64,000 bases of DNA. Origin: Eledone cirrhosa. Its lineage: Eukaryota. Shown one piece after another: positions 45,136 through 57,680 of the stretch. Every line of letters begins with the position of its first letter. Within the stretch, counting starts at the first letter, position 1. Where the stretch lies: positions 86,428,001-86,492,000 of the forward strand of contig OZ024740.1 in the NCBI GenBank assembly GCA_964016885.1. Direction: 5' to 3'. Under the pieces are notes generated by a model. That model did not search any database. It was not told the origin of the DNA and saw only the letters and a list, made by a program, of their open reading frames with translations. A program made the position numbers and the translations under genes.

Positions 45136-45430
45136 TTTGTTTTTAAATTTGATTTGCAAGATTTCTTATCTGAAAACGTGTGTTGAAACAGATATTGTTA
45201 AAATTTGGGAGGGACATGCTGCCAATTAAGACACACGCACCTGTTGGTTTTCAATTCAATTTATTATAAATTTCTGGTTGGCTGGTCAGATGGTTGTTTA
45301 TATATTGTCAAAGTTCTTTCAGTGACATTCAGTGACCTTCTCAGTGACTAGGTTTTTATTTTGTCTCTCCTTTGGGCTGTCCAACAACATCTTGTGTTTG
45401 CGTGTTGTGTGCTGTGTGCTTAGTTCGCGC
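45136..45430. mobile_element. Second copy of the 42826 family with an HHR-like motif at 45307-45348 (-)
   Basis: gtca-CTGAGAA-ggtcac..gtcact-GAAA-gaac-TT-tgac. Confidence 0.65.
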
Positions 45431-45826
45431 AAACTGCATTATTTCTTTCCAGGGACTATGTCGAAAAGTCTACCGCATTTGGTCATCCCATCAGAGTATC
45501 TTGGTCAACCTATGAACTTTTCAGTCGATACTCGTATAAGCAGTTTCCTGAAAATAGCAATACTAACAATTCTGTAAATATTTTGAGGACATGTCGCACA
45601 ATATTTCTTTCCCATAAATATTTTTAATAACCATATATATTTTCGCTATCTTTTCGGGTGTTTGTTAGTTCTGTATTTATTCATGCGAAGTTTCCTTGAT
45701 ATATCCAGATTTTTGTTTTAAGAAAAATAAATCTCGTATCTTGTATTTTACCAGCTTTGAATAATATATGCACTAATACATAAAATAAATTTGATGTCGG
45801 AGAGGATGATATTGTTGGCTGGGAGG

Positions 45827-46052
45827 TCATGATGATGGAGGTGGAGTGATAATGGGAAGGAATGATGATGGTGATAAGGTGTGATGTTGGGCGATGATGA
45901 TGATAATTACAATGGTGATGGTGGTGATAATGATAATAGTGATAATGGAGATGATGATGATAATAATGATAATGAAGATGATGATGTTGATAATGGTGAT
46001 GATGATGACGATGATGATGATGATGATGAGGAAGAGGAGGAGGAGGTGGAGC

Positions 46053-46084
<32 letters not shown>

Positions 46085-46090
46085 ATTGAA
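45827..46090. repeat. Degenerate (GAT)n low-complexity tract
   Basis: Read directly. Confidence 0.9.
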
Positions 46091-46422
46091 GATAAATACC
46101 ATAATCAGTGAAACATTGATAGCTGTTTAAATACCACGTTCCTTATAGACATTCTGTTTTTTCAATTAACCGACACCAGAGATGTTTCAGCAGTCGACAG
46201 AATATCTAAAATATTAACAAACGTAGCCTATTGTCTTAGTAAATTATACAAGAACACAGTGAAAATGTATTTTACTTCACTGCTTATCTCTAAGGAGATT
46301 TACGAATGGCTACACCTTTTGATATGTTCAGAATCAAGACTATCGCATTCTATTGGCATTTACATTTTCCTTCATGTCACAAACAGAATCTTCTATTTCG
46401 TCTCATCATCTTCCTCGTTCCA

Positions 46423-46488
<66 letters not shown>

Positions 46489-46729
46489 TTTTCTTTATTA
46501 ACCACAAGGGTTTACATAAAGTAGACATTAAGGACAGTACAGGACAATACAGGACGGTACAAATGGGCATTTCTGCGTGTAAAAAACAGAGGATGTAATA
46601 AAATAACAAAGAAAAATTCCCCAATAGGGGGGAGACTTCCGAGGGACATTTGTGGAGAAAGCCCAGTAAAAGGCCACAGTAACCCTGACCACCAAGGCAA
46701 GTGCCCTCTCCCAGTTTTCCACCTTTAAT

Positions 46730-49700
46730 TTACAGATATATACTCAGAGTAGGCCCATTCACTCGGGCCATTCTTGCTTCTCTCACCCATCTTTCAACAA
46801 AATGCTGGGAAGAGAGCACTTCCCTCTCTACTCTGATTTTCCTTTTCAAATGAAATTTGAAAAAGTCAATCAGGGCATCACCGAAGAGGTAAGTTCTCGT
46901 CTTCAGCCCTTTCAAACGTGTCCACCATACTATCTCTTTCGCCATGGCCACCAGACAGATAAAAACTGCCTGTCCTTCCTGGCTAAAGAAGGAGGGCGGG
47001 GCAATCCTCACGATGGACCCAGATGATAGCTGGATCCGTCCTACACGCGACAGCAGGTGTTCGACATAAACCCACAAGTCAGCAATTTTCGGTCACTGGA
47101 CGAGTGCGTGCAGGACGGTTTCGTGGCCCTGCGCGCATCTCAGACATGCCCGGCTGACGGCACCTCCATGCCTGTAGAGTTTATCCCGAACTGGCAAGGC
47201 TCCTCGGTAGCACTGCCAGGCCAGAGATTTCTGGAAGTTGTCCATATGCCCTGGCCCGAAAGTTCTTCCGAAGAGATTGGCTAGTTGATTTTCGTCGACG
47301 CCTAGAGTTTCCCCAAGTAAGTCGTCGCTCTTCCCCTCCACTAATCCTCTATAGAACGCCGAGGTGGAGTTTCCACCGATCACAATGCCCGATTGGTCGA
47401 GGGCTATGAGCGCCTGAAGACATTCCAGTCTCCAGGCGCTCCCTCTCGGTCTTCGCTTGACCCAGGACTGCAGCTCCGTCAAGGAAACGAGCTGGGGAAA
47501 TACGTGTCTAGCAAACGGCGACCACACCTGATCACCGTCGAGGAAGAGGTGGAGATGTCGTAGCCTGAGCGCGTGCCTGCGCATTATCAGCCACGGCATG
47601 CCCAGCCCTCCACGTAGTGGGTGTTGACAACAGATGGACCGCCTGACAATCGGAGCGCGTCCCTTCCACAAAAAGCGAAAGAGCAAACGCTCCAGCGCAG
47701 TCAGGCGAGGCTTAGGACAAAGTACGACGGTCAGGCGGTAGCAGGTGACAGATGCGATGTACGCGTTAGCCACCTCCGCTCGACCTTTCAGGGATAGCTT
47801 CCTCTTCGCCTATTTCTGGGTGAGAGAAGCCACCCTGCTCGTCACCTCGTCCCAGTTTTTGTCCGTCTGGAGGTCCGGACCAAACCAGACCCCTAGCAAT
47901 TTAACCGGTCCATCCGTCCAGCGCCCAACGACGCTGTTGGACGGCATGGACCTTCCTCTCCAGGTGCCGAGCTGCAGGCCCACTGACTTTTCCTGGTTGA
48001 TCATTGCTCCTGTCACCGCTTCGTATTCTCTTAGTGTAGTGCCGATCGCCTCGATGTGTTTGGCGTTCGACACCACTACGGTGACATCGTCCGCATATGC
48101 TGACACGGATCTTCCGAATCCTAGTTCGCGCGGGACGCCCCTCAACGTCTCCAGTTTGTGCAGTAATGGCTCGAGAGTCAATACGTACAAGAGGGACGAG
48201 AGGGGACATCCTTGGCGGACCGAGCGCATGATGTTGAACGGTTCCGAAAGGTGAACGTTCACTCTCACCACAGAGCAGATGTCGCTGTGCATGGCAGCGA
48301 TCTAGCCTCTGAAGACGGGCTCAAATCCAGTCACCCTCAGGACTGCCGCTAGGTAACGATGGTCGACCCTATCGAAAGCTTTCGACTGATCTAAATTGAT
48401 CAAGGACCCACCCGTGCCAGGTTCCCTAGCTACCCTCTCTACGATGTATCGCATGAGGTGGAGGTTGTGGTGGATGGATCTGTCGGGAATGGCGCACGTC
48501 AGCGCCTCTCCAACCAGACCACCAACGACAAGCGCCAACCTCTTTGCTAGCACCTTGGCCAAAATCTTAAATTCTGTGTTTAGCAGAGTTATGGGCCTGA
48601 AATTATCTATGTTATCCCCCTTGTTCGGATCCTTTCTCAGCAGCGCCACAGCTCCTCGGCTCACAGAGCTGGGAATTCTCCCGTTCTGTTGCCAGTTGCA
48701 GTAGACGTCCGCCAAGAGGCCTCCGAACAAGTCTGGCATCTGTACGTAAAGTTCATAGGGCAGACCATCCAAACCAGGCGATTTACCACTTGTGCAGCCA
48801 GTCATTGCCTCCCGTACTTCAGCGGCTGTTATCGGCTTTTCGCAACACTCCGCCTCAGTGGCCGAGAGCCGCGGCAGTCCGTCGAGGTAGACACTAAAGT
48901 CCATCCCTCGATTCGGCCCACCGCTGCCCCCGAACAGCTGTGCGAAGTGTCGCTGAAAAGCTTCACACATTTTACCGGGATCGAGTAGCATGCGCCCGTC
49001 GATCCACCAAAGACCGGATCGTGGCTTTGTTGCCACGACGCGCCTCCGCCACACTGGCCCATTAAACCGCTTTTGTCCCCTCGTGTCTGAGAGCACGCAC
49101 CATAGCTCTGACAACGCAGCCTTCGTGCTTGGCATTGAAGAATTGGTCAAGGGCCAATTTCGCCGCAAGTACGTCGGTCGCGATGCCTTTGGTAAGCGCC
49201 TCGTCTAATTTTCTAACTAATTCTCCCTCTGCTCTATTTTTCTCTATTTCTAAAGCCTTACTAAACCTAATGGACTCTATTCTAATTGTTCTTTTCAGAG
49301 CAAACCACCACTTGTTGTTGACGATGGCCCCCATTCAACGCCCTCTTAACTAGTTCGCTAATCCGGTCTCTGTAGGCCTTGCGCGCTGGTAAGGACGCGT
49401 TTAGCTTCCAGTAGCCGGGTCCTCGTCTATGAAGCCTATCTAAGTCAAGCACTCAGATCATAATTTGTGGTCCGTGTAGTTGACTATTTTGAATTGTGGA
49501 CGGCCTATGCTAGACCTATCTATTTCCCTACAAAATACTCTATCTAGATATGATTTGGATGAACCTATGCGATTTGTCCAAGTCCACATTGGCACATTCG
49601 GGAAATCCAATCGGTACCTGTCAGACAGTTCAAAACGCCTGAGCAGGTTGGTGAGGCTCTTGCACCCTCCTCCCCTATCCACTAATCCCACACAGTCCCA

Positions 49701-50147
49701 GCGTGTATCTAAGATCCCGTTCCAGTCGTCCACTAACACTAAAGAGCGGGACGTTCCAAGAAAGGTCTTCAAACGCCGGAAGAAATCAGGCCGCTCTGCT
49801 CCTGTCGGGGCATAGACGGCCACTAGCCTGAAAGCTTGCCCGTCTCCGCTGGTCACGTCTAGCACCACCAACTTACCTTCTGGGTCCAGGAAGATGGCCC
49901 GTATGGCGAGATCCAAACCTCTCCGAAAAAGCACAGTAACTCCTCCCCCCGATCCCGGACGGCTGGGAGATGCGTACACAACGTAACCGCCGAAGATCGG
50001 TGCGAAGGCCCGCGCTTCGGAGATTCTGGTCTCGCTGATGGCCACTACATCTAAATTTAGTGAACTGAGGTCGTTGAACAGGTGGCCCTGCTTCCATGAC
50101 GACCCCAAGCCACACGCATTTATGCTGCCTATTCTGAGTGAGGTCAT
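46730..50147 (-). pseudogene. LINE ORF2 (APE endonuclease, RT, C-terminal Cys motif), frameshifted
   Basis: SINACGL, ISETR, VYAP, DWN, YLDR, TDH (EN); KSPGLDG, FRPITLLN, DQSKAFDRV, QGCPLS, AYADD (RT); CLRC..ETVLHA. Confidence 0.92.
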
Positions 50148-50181
50148 GTTGAAATGGAGTGGGAAAGATGGGAAAGACCAC

Positions 50182-52149
50182 TTACCTTACTTCTCGTAGT
50201 GGAAGGACGGTTTCTCCATCCTTTTCACTGCTTGTGGCCTCCTCTGGAAGGATGTCCTTATAAATCCTTCTGGAGAGTGTTTGTCGGAAGTCTCCGGTGT
50301 CTTTGGGGAATTTTGGTTTTAGTGTCGTGTACGTTTTCTGTGTGATGCGAGTGATTTGTATGTGTGGAGGTGGTGTGAACTTTTGGGTTGTTGTGTAGTC
50401 TTTTTCTGTGATGCTGGTGTTGTGTTGCATGTAGTGTAATAATTGATTGTTCTTCAAATTTAATGCTGTGTAGTGTGTATCCTTTTGGTTGTTTTGTTTT
50501 GTTTGCGTTTGTTGTGGGTTTGTTTCTGTTACGCTTTTTGGTGACTTTTGTGGTGTTGGTGATGGTGGTGTTGGGGTTAATGATGGTGATGGTGTTGGCG
50601 TTTGTGATGATGGGGTTGGTGATGCTGGCGTGGATGGTGGCATATCTGTCCTAACTTTTTTGTTTGATAATTTATTTGTTTCCCTCTGTATTTTGTTTTT
50701 GGAGGGGGAAGGAAGAGAATTTTTTTTTTGGGGGGGGGGGGGGATTCTTTTTTTCTTTTTTCCTGATACCGTTTCCCACTCCTCGTCGTCACAATCTGTC
50801 TCCAGTTACAATAAGCCGGGTAGTGGAAAATCCTCCACAGGCGTTGGTTTTGGTTGTGGCGTGGTGGATGGTGTTGGCGCTGGTGCTAGTTCTGGCGCGT
50901 TGGGTGGTGGTGGTGTTGGTTTTGCTACTGTTGCTGGGGTTGTTGCTGTTACAGTTGCTTCTGTTGTTGCTGCTACATTTGTTGCTGCCATTTCTGCTGC
51001 TGGTGGTGTTGATGGTTGAGTCACTGGGGTGGGTAAGAGAGCTGGCCTCAACCTTTTAGCCTGAGGGCAGAAAGCTCTTAGGTCGGTTCCTTCACCACAA
51101 ACGACACACCTAGGCCTTCTGCCCTCGACGATTACGGTGAGGTGGCTGCCGTCAGTGAGGTCTATTACCTCTGGGATCTCCTCAATGCTTTTATGGTCGG
51201 CTTGGATCAGGAGCTCTATCCCAGATCCGGACCAGTTCTCCTGCTTTTCTTTCGCTATTTCGATTATCTTGGTGTTGGCCTCGATGCTGGCGAGGACGGC
51301 AGCCATTAGCCAGGGAATTTCGATGGCCGGTGGAACGTGGGTCACCCTGATCTTCACAACTCTCTGGCCACAATAGCTTGGGACGAGTGTGAAGTCGTCA
51401 ATTCTTAATGGGGCCATGGAGTGTTCTCTGGCCTCCTGTGGTGTTTCAAAGAACACGTCCACGGTTCCATATTTCCGCCCACGTTGATGTGTGTTTTTTT
51501 TTGCCCACACATGTCCCAAAGCTTTGTGGATTTAGGACTCGGATGCCCGTTCCACTCGGCGCGATTTTATGTTAATTGTCCGATAAGACACGGTGCATAA
51601 GCGACGATGCTCCATTTTATTAGGTGGGGGAGGAGGGCTGACCCTGTACCCATCTATCTTTACCATTCTTTTGGCTTCTTCTAATTCCTCCTGAGTTACC
51701 TGGATCGCTTCGCACGTTTTTGCTACTCTGGCAAAACTCAGGGTAGTTTTCTTAATTTCATTGTTGCTGTTGTTGTTATCGTTATTTTTTGTTATTGTTA
51801 ATTTTAGTTTCAGTTGTGGTGGTGGTGGCGTCAGTAGTATTCGGTGTGGAAGTATTCATTTTGGTTGAATTCATTTCGATATCACGAGTAAATTTTATTT
51901 TTCTTTTGTTTCTGTTGTCGCTGTGGTGGTGGTGGTGGGAGTTGTTGCTATGATGGTGGTGGTGGTGGGGGTGGCGGGTTTAACACCTGCAGTCATTGGT
52001 AATGGCGGGAAATGAATGTCTGGCTGAGACAAATTTAAAATATTGCTATTGCTTATATTTTTAGTGTTGGCAAACGTAGTAATATTTACAATGGTGGTGT
52101 CGGTTTTAGGGGTTAGTTCGTGAGGAAGGAGTGACTCTGAGTTGTCCAT
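50182..52149 (-). pseudogene. LINE ORF1 (gag-like, zinc knuckle, Pro/Thr-rich), disrupted
   Basis: EGRRPRCVVCGEGTDLRAFCP knuckle-like motif, located upstream of ORF2. Confidence 0.7.
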
Positions 52150-52380
52150 GATTTTTCAAAGAAATTTGTTTTGTTTGATAATTATAAAAAGTTTAAATTT
52201 TGGGCTCAAGACCCCAGTATTTTTGAGTGTCCTTTTCAGAAATCAATGTATGTGCACTTATATACAGTTAACAATAAAACTTTTCCATAAATGGCAATTT
52301 TAAACAACTGAAAATAGCAAACCTTTGCGGGGCTCACGATGATTCGATTTACTACGTAGGTCGCCAATAATAACAATAAT

Positions 52381-52552
52381 AATAATAATAATAATAATAA
52401 TACGCTTTTTGGAACGCTTCAAAAGGCATGCTTGCTGGGAACAGCAAGAACCCTCCGATACGTCCTGAATATCTGAGGCTGCAGGTAGTGGCTTGATATT
52501 CATTTCAACAAACTTTCCAGTTAACTAACATCAATGACTGAGACTCAAAGAA
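52381..52552 (+). mobile_element. 3'-terminal fragment of an R4/Dong-like element
   Basis: Matches 53977-54130; flanked by (AAT)n. Confidence 0.85.
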
Positions 52553-52579
52553 CAATAATATTAATAATAATAATAATGC

Positions 52580-52662
52580 TTTATTTATTAACCACAAGGG
52601 TTTATATAAAGTAGACATTAAGGACAGTACAGGACAATACAGGACGGTACAAATGTGCATTT
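52580..52662 (-). mobile_element. ~80-bp 3'-end copy of the L1/Tx1-like LINE
   Basis: Matches 46490-46572. Confidence 0.85.
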
Positions 52663-52702
52663 AATATAATAATAATAATAATAATAGTAATAATAATAAT
52701 AA

Positions 52703-54129
52703 TATATGTATGCAATTTGGTATTAGTAAGTGTGGAGTCCTTGTGATGAAGAAGGGTAAATTGAGCAGAAGCAACGGAATCCAGGTACCAACAGGTGAGA
52801 TGATAAAGGAAATTGACACTGAAGAAGGATACAAGTATTTGGGTGTTCTGGAGGCTGATGACATCAAGAACAAAAAAATGAAGGAATTGATAAGATCTGA
52901 ATACACTCGGAGAATAAGGAGCGTATTAAAGTCACATCTGAACAGTAGGAATGCCATAAGTGCAGTAAATCCCGAGCTGTGTCTATGATTAGGTACATTG
53001 TGGGAATTCTGAGATGGAATGTTGCTGAACAAAAACAAATGGATAGGAAGACTAGGAAGCTATTGACTATCTACAACATGTTCCACAAGAGGAGTGATGT
53101 CGATAGACACTACTTAAGGAGATCTGAAGGTGGAAGAGGTCTTATCAGCATAGAGGACTGTGTTCAGATGGAGAAAAACAACCTACACAAATACGTGACT
53201 GATAGTAAGGAGCCATTTCTCAGAATTGTACTGAAGGAGAGGACAATAGACCAGAGGATGTCCAAGGAGGATATAACAACAAGGAGAAAGAGCAGCCTTC
53301 ATGAAAAATCCCTTCATAGTACCTTCTCTGAGAAAACTGAATTCAGAGATCCACAGACATGGAACTGGTTGAAAAGAGGAGACCTTAAAAAGGCTACAGA
53401 AGGAATGTTAATGGCTGCGCAAGAGCAGGCCCTCAAAACGAAGTGGTTGAAACACCATATTTACAAGGAGGAGGCTAGCCTACTGTGCAGGATCTGTGGA
53501 GAGAGAGGAGAGGAGACTGTGGCTCACATTGTATCCGAGTGTAAACACCTAGCCCAGACTCACTATAAGGGCTGGAGACATGATGTGATGGGAAGGGTGA
53601 TCCACTGGCACCTATGCAAAGTAAACAATTTACCACATTCTGAGAAGTGGTATGAGCATAAGCGAGAGTCGGTGATAGAAAACGATCAGGTGAAGGTGCT
53701 GTGGGATTTTAGGATACAGACGGACAAGAAACTGGAACCTGACCTGGTGGTTTTGGACAAGGAAAAAAGATCGGGCCTGATTGTGGGTGTGGCCTGCCCA
53801 TTCGACATGAGAGTGCAAGAGAAGCAGAGGGAGAAAATTAACCGATACCAGGACTTAGAGTGGGAGGTAAAAAGGATTTGGAACTGCCATGAAGTCAGAG
53901 TGGTCCCGATTGTCATAGGCGCACTAGGTACTATCTCAAAAAGTTTCCAGGGATGGTTAAAGAAAATTGGCCCCGCTACGCTTTTTGGAACGCTTCAAAA
54001 GGCATGCTTGCTGGAAACAGCAAGAACCCTCCGATACGTCCTGAATATCTGAGGCTGCAGGTAGTGGCTTGATATTCATTTCAACAAACTTTCCAGTTAA
54101 CTGACATCAATGACTGAGACTCAAAGAAC

Positions 54130-54130
<1 letters not shown>
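52703..54130 (+). mobile_element. 5'-truncated R4/Dong-like RLE non-LTR retrotransposon
   Basis: YKYLG, GGRGL, AAQEQAL, CRICG..ETVAHIVSEC, RHD, PDLVV, KINRY, IVIGALG motifs; (TAA)n tail. Confidence 0.9.
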
Positions 54131-54196
<66 letters not shown>

Positions 54197-56875
54197 GTAA
54201 GCCAGTGGGAAATGAAGGTGAAGAGGTCGAGAGAACGGAGGAACCACCCGAAACAGACAATGATCTGAATGCTGAGATAAATAATACCTGGAACAGAGAT
54301 ACGGCCACTGAGGAGATGAATGCTGACGGGCTAGGACATGATTTGGTAGATATCCTAAACTTAGTGGTAGATGAATTGAACAATGATAGTGGGAGACCTA
54401 TGAACCTAAGATTTGTAGACAGGAAAAAGTTAAAAGAAACAGCAGCTAAGGTAAACAAAGTCATCCCATACCTTAAGGCGAGTAGCCTTCACCAGTGCAA
54501 CAATATCCTCAAAGCAACAGCAAATACGGTGAGGAAACTACTTGGTATAAAAGCGAGAGGAAACAACAGACAAGAAAGAGCAGAGCCTTGGTGGAAGAAA
54601 CGACTGAGTGGTCAAATCAGGGAAATGAGATATGACATTGGAAAGCTTGAGTCACTACTGAATGGGACACTAAAAAACATAGACACTAAAAATAGACTGG
54701 AAATATAGTACAAAACTAGGAGGAAAAAGCTAAATATTATCATAGAGGAACTGAAGCAACGCATTGTAGCAAAGAGTGCAAAAATCAGGCGATACGAGAA
54801 CAGAGTCAGCCAGTATAGACAGAACCGCATGTTCGACAACAACCAGAAGATGCTGTTTGGACAGCTTGAAGGGAAAGAAAGAGGCAACGACTTGATCCCT
54901 GAGGCGGAACAAACTAAAACATTCTGGAGAGGAATATGGGAGCAGGATGTTAAACATAATGACCAGGCAGTGTGGATTGAGACAGTACAGAAGGAGATCA
55001 GTGAACAGGCACACCAACAAACTGATTTGAGTATCACAGTTGAAACTCTTAAGGGGCAGGCCAAAAAACTAACCAACTGGAAATCACCTGGCCCAGATGG
55101 TGTGCAGGGGTATTGGATTAAAAACATAACATCCCTCCACCCGAAACTGACAACCATGTTCAATGACGGCTTGATGTCAGGTGAGGTACCAGAGTGGTTG
55201 ACAAAAGGTACCACAGTTCTGATAATGAAAGACCGAATCAAGGGTAATGATGTTACCAACTATAGACCTATCACATGTCTGTCCGTAATGTGGAAACTGT
55301 TAACAAGCATTATGTCTGAGGAAATCTACCATCACCTCCACATAAACAACTTGTTACCGGACGAACAGAAAGGATGCCGAAAGAAGTCACGTGGTACAAA
55401 GGACCAGTTACTTATTGATAAGATGGTAATGAGGAATTGCAAGAGGAGACACAGTGGTCTTGCCATGGGATGGATAGACTACAAAAAGGCATTTGACATG
55501 GTGCCTCATTCTTGGATCACCAAAAGCCTGGAGATCTTCAAGGTGGCAGATAACATCAGACAGTTGTTGGGCAAAAGTATGAAGTCCTGGGAAACAGAGT
55601 TAACATCAACTGGAGAATCCTTGGGAAGCGTGAAGATCAAGAGAGGTATCTTCCAGGGAGATAGTCTGTCCCCTCTGTTGTTTGTCCTTGCCCTGATGCC
55701 CCTGACCAGTGTACTGCGAAAAGTGAGAGCAGGATAAAGTTGGGAAAGGGAGGGCTTACCATCAATCACCTCCTCTTCATGGACGATCTTAAGCTCTTCG
55801 GGAAGAGTGAGAAGGAGTTGGATGTGCTTGTTGACACTGTCCGTATTTTCAGCAATGATATATGTATGCAATTTGGTATTAGTAAGTGTGGAGTCATTGT
55901 GATGAGGAGGGGTAAGTTGAGCAGAAGTAACGGAATCCAGGTACCAACAGGTGAGATGATAAAATAAATTGACTCTGAGGAAGGATACAAGTATTTGGGC
56001 GTTCTGGAGGCTGATGACATCAAGAACAAAAAATGAAGGAATTGATAAGAACTGAATACCTTCGGAGAGTAAGGAGCGTATTAAAGTCACATCTGAACAG
56101 TAGGAATGCCATAAGTGCAGTAAATTCCCGAGCTGTGTCTATTATTAGGTACAGTGCGGGAATTCTGAGATGGTATGTTGCTGAACAAAAACAAATGGAT
56201 AGGAAGACTAGGAAGCTATTGACTATCTACAATATGTTGTACAAGAGGAGTGATGTCGATAGACTCTACTTAAGGAGATCTGAGGGTGGAAGAGGTCTTA
56301 TCAGCATAGAGGACTGTGTTCGAGATGGAGAAAAACAACCTACACAAATACGTGACTGATAGTAAGGAGCCAATGCTCAGAACTGTACTGAAGGAGGGGA
56401 CAATAGGCCAGGGGATGTCCAAGGAGGAAATAACATCAAGGAGAAAGAGCAGCCTTCAGGAAAAATCCCTTCATAGTACCTTCTTTGAGAAAACTGAATT
56501 TAGAGATCCACAGACATGGAACTGGTTGAAAAGAGGAGACCTTAAAAAGGCTACAGAAGGAATGTTAATGGCTGCGCAGGAGCAGGCTCTCAAAACGAAG
56601 TGGTTGAAACACCACATTTACAAGGAGGAGGCTAGCCCACTGTGCAGTATCTATGGAGAGAGAGAGAGGGGACTGTGGCTCACATTGTATCCGAGTGTAA
56701 ACACCTAGCCCAGACTCACTATAAGGGCTGGACATGATGTGATGGGCAGGGTGATCCACTGGCACCTATGCAAAGTAAACAATTTACCACATTCTGAGAA
56801 GTGGTATGATCATAAGCCAGAGGCTTATGCTCATACCACAGTTAACTAACATCAATGACTGAGACTCAAAGAGTA
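54197..56875 (+). mobile_element. R4/Dong-like element with disrupted RT ORF and deleted RLE region
   Basis: WKSPGPDG, YRPITCL, DYKKAFDMVPH, IFQGDSLSP, FMDDLKLF motifs; same 3'UTR end as the 52703 copy. Confidence 0.9.
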
Positions 56876-57680
56876 ATAACAATAAAATAATAATAATAAT
56901 AATGTTATAGGCGCTGTTTTTTTTTGTTCGGGCAGAGCCATAAAAAATTCGTTATTGTTTTTATTTTACATAGTTGTTTTCAAAAATGAGTTTCGAAAGT
57001 GTTTCTAATTTTCTTTAGCGAATATGTTATCTAATTCTGTTATTAACGCTTACAGGATTTTGTTGGGTTATTTCCCAAACACGTTTTCCTAATGCTATAT
57101 CTTTTAAATATATTATTTAAAGAGGTTGGTTTTTGTTTCGAGCATTGGAGTGTTTCACGTTGTGTTTGTTTATTTCTATGTTGCATTTAATCAGCATATT
57201 TGTGTTCATTTTTCTCGCCGGGATATCTACTGTTTTCTGAGTTATCTATGTAATCAACCTCGCTGTATTGACTACTCATTCTATATTTCAATTTCCTTTT
57301 CTAGTTTTCTTTTCTACATTGATACCTTCTATCTTTTGTCACTAGGCATTATGAATATAGCACTGTGTATTCTATTATCGTGAATATGCAAGAGCAAAAT
57401 AAATCACTTACCTGATATAACCCAGGGTTATAAAATGTTATGAATAGTTAATTTACATTGCATATCGTTTACAGCGAGCCGTTGGCCTTTAAAATAGGAA
57501 TTTCTTAAATGGTATCCAGGAAAATACATTACATCATGCATCCTTGGATATTTTCTTCCAATCATTATTTAAAGTTATTAGGATACTAAATGTTCATTCA
57601 CCAACTCCTGTAACTTCTTCACACATTAGATTTGCAGTGATGGCTAGATTATGAGGTTTAATAAAACTTCTCTGCGATTA

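Larger units (their letters stand above)
46488..52347 (-). mobile_element. Near full-length L1/Tx1-like LINE flanked by (TAA)n
   Basis: ORF1 and ORF2 remnants, both UTRs, and (AAT)n on both sides. Confidence 0.9.

Noticed and set aside
45881-46130. Acidic or poly-Met ORFs
   Set aside because: Derived from a degenerate (GAT)n tract.
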